The notes under the pieces were generated by a model that was not told where the DNA came from, ran no database searches, and saw nothing but the letters and a program-made list of their open reading frames with translations. This document shows positions 36,090 through 36,812 of a stretch of 36,812 bases of DNA, one piece after another. Position 1 is the first letter of the stretch. Each line of letters opens with the position of its first letter. Source of the DNA: an uncultured Gaiellales bacterium (GTDB taxonomy: Bacteria; Actinomycetota; Thermoleophilia; Gaiellales; Gaiellaceae); contig CAZCIJ010000001.1 in assembly GCA_964498265.1 (NCBI GenBank), positions 1 to 36,812 of the forward strand, read 5' to 3'. The position numbers and the translations under genes are program-made.

Positions 36090-36410
36090 ATGGATCTGCA
36101 GCCTCTGGGCGACCGCCTGATCGTGGAGGTCGTCGACGAGGAGGAGGTGCTCGCGAGCGGCATCGTCCTTCCGGATACGGCGAAGGAGAAGCCCCAGCGC
36201 GGTCGCGTGCTCGCCGTCGGCCCCGGTCCCCGGGACGAGGACGGCAACTACGTGAAGATGGAGCTCGAGGAGGGCGACGAGATCATCTTCTCCAAGTACG
36301 GCGGGACCGAGATCAAGCTCGGGACCGACGACTACCTGATCCTGCGCGAGTCGGACGTCCTCGCCAAGGTCGTGAGCACCAGGGCGAAGAAGTCCAAGAA
36401 GGCCGCCTAG
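36090..36410 (+). CDS. groES: Co-chaperonin GroES with a short Lys-rich C-terminal tail
   Basis: Start trimmed to the ATG at 36090, with [50 protein letters not shown]. The tail is RAKKSKKAA. Confidence 0.93.
   Translation: MDLQPLGDRLIVEVVDEEEVLASGIVLPDTAKEKPQRGRVLAVGPGPRDEDGNYVKMELEEGDEIIFSKYGGTEIKLGTDDYLILRESDVLAKVVSTRAKKSKKAA

Positions 36411-36812
<402 letters not shown>

Overview
High-GC (about 70% by eye) actinobacterial-type chromosomal window, almost entirely housekeeping. I found no rRNA, tRNA, CRISPR array, transposase, integrase or recognisable defence genes. The core is a complete 14-gene NADH:quinone oxidoreductase operon, nuoA-N, on the minus strand (12220-26520). Its nuoL is split into two reading frames by what looks like a single-base deletion near 16380. 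Fe-S cluster carrier genes sit on both sides of the operon: Mrp/ApbC on one side, and an IscA/ErpA-type protein followed by FprA on the other. Other readable genes are rarA (partial), an M20 peptidase, DUF1385, a methylmalonyl-CoA epimerase/DUF3107/YchF trio, a secreted PG-binding M23 peptidase, a YhaM-like OB+HD protein, DUF1015, an IMPase-family protein, DUF72 and a UPF0173 MBL hydrolase. Also present are fumC, a VOC protein, MpaB/DUF2236, an E2 acyltransferase-lipB-lipA cluster (mycobacterial dlaT-lipB-lipA-like synteny), a zinc-ribbon/ASCH/NUDIX trio, and groES-groEL (partial) behind two CIRCE operators. I see no evidence for a novel multi-gene system. The most interesting signals are non-coding. 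(1) Two inverted copies of a roughly 165-171 bp long-hairpin repeat (9126-9296 and 29914-30075) show a compensatory base-pair change between copies. One copy supplies the last codons and the stop codon of a gene. (2) An unassigned, strongly structured 260 bp stretch lies next to the first copy. (3) A TAnnnT hexamer sits 6-8 nt upstream of the start codon of eight plus-strand operon-leading genes, which implies leaderless mRNAs. (4) There are structured spacers inside the nuo operon. The many long Arg/Ala/Pro/Gly-rich ORFs in the six-frame track are antisense or alternate-frame artefacts of high GC.
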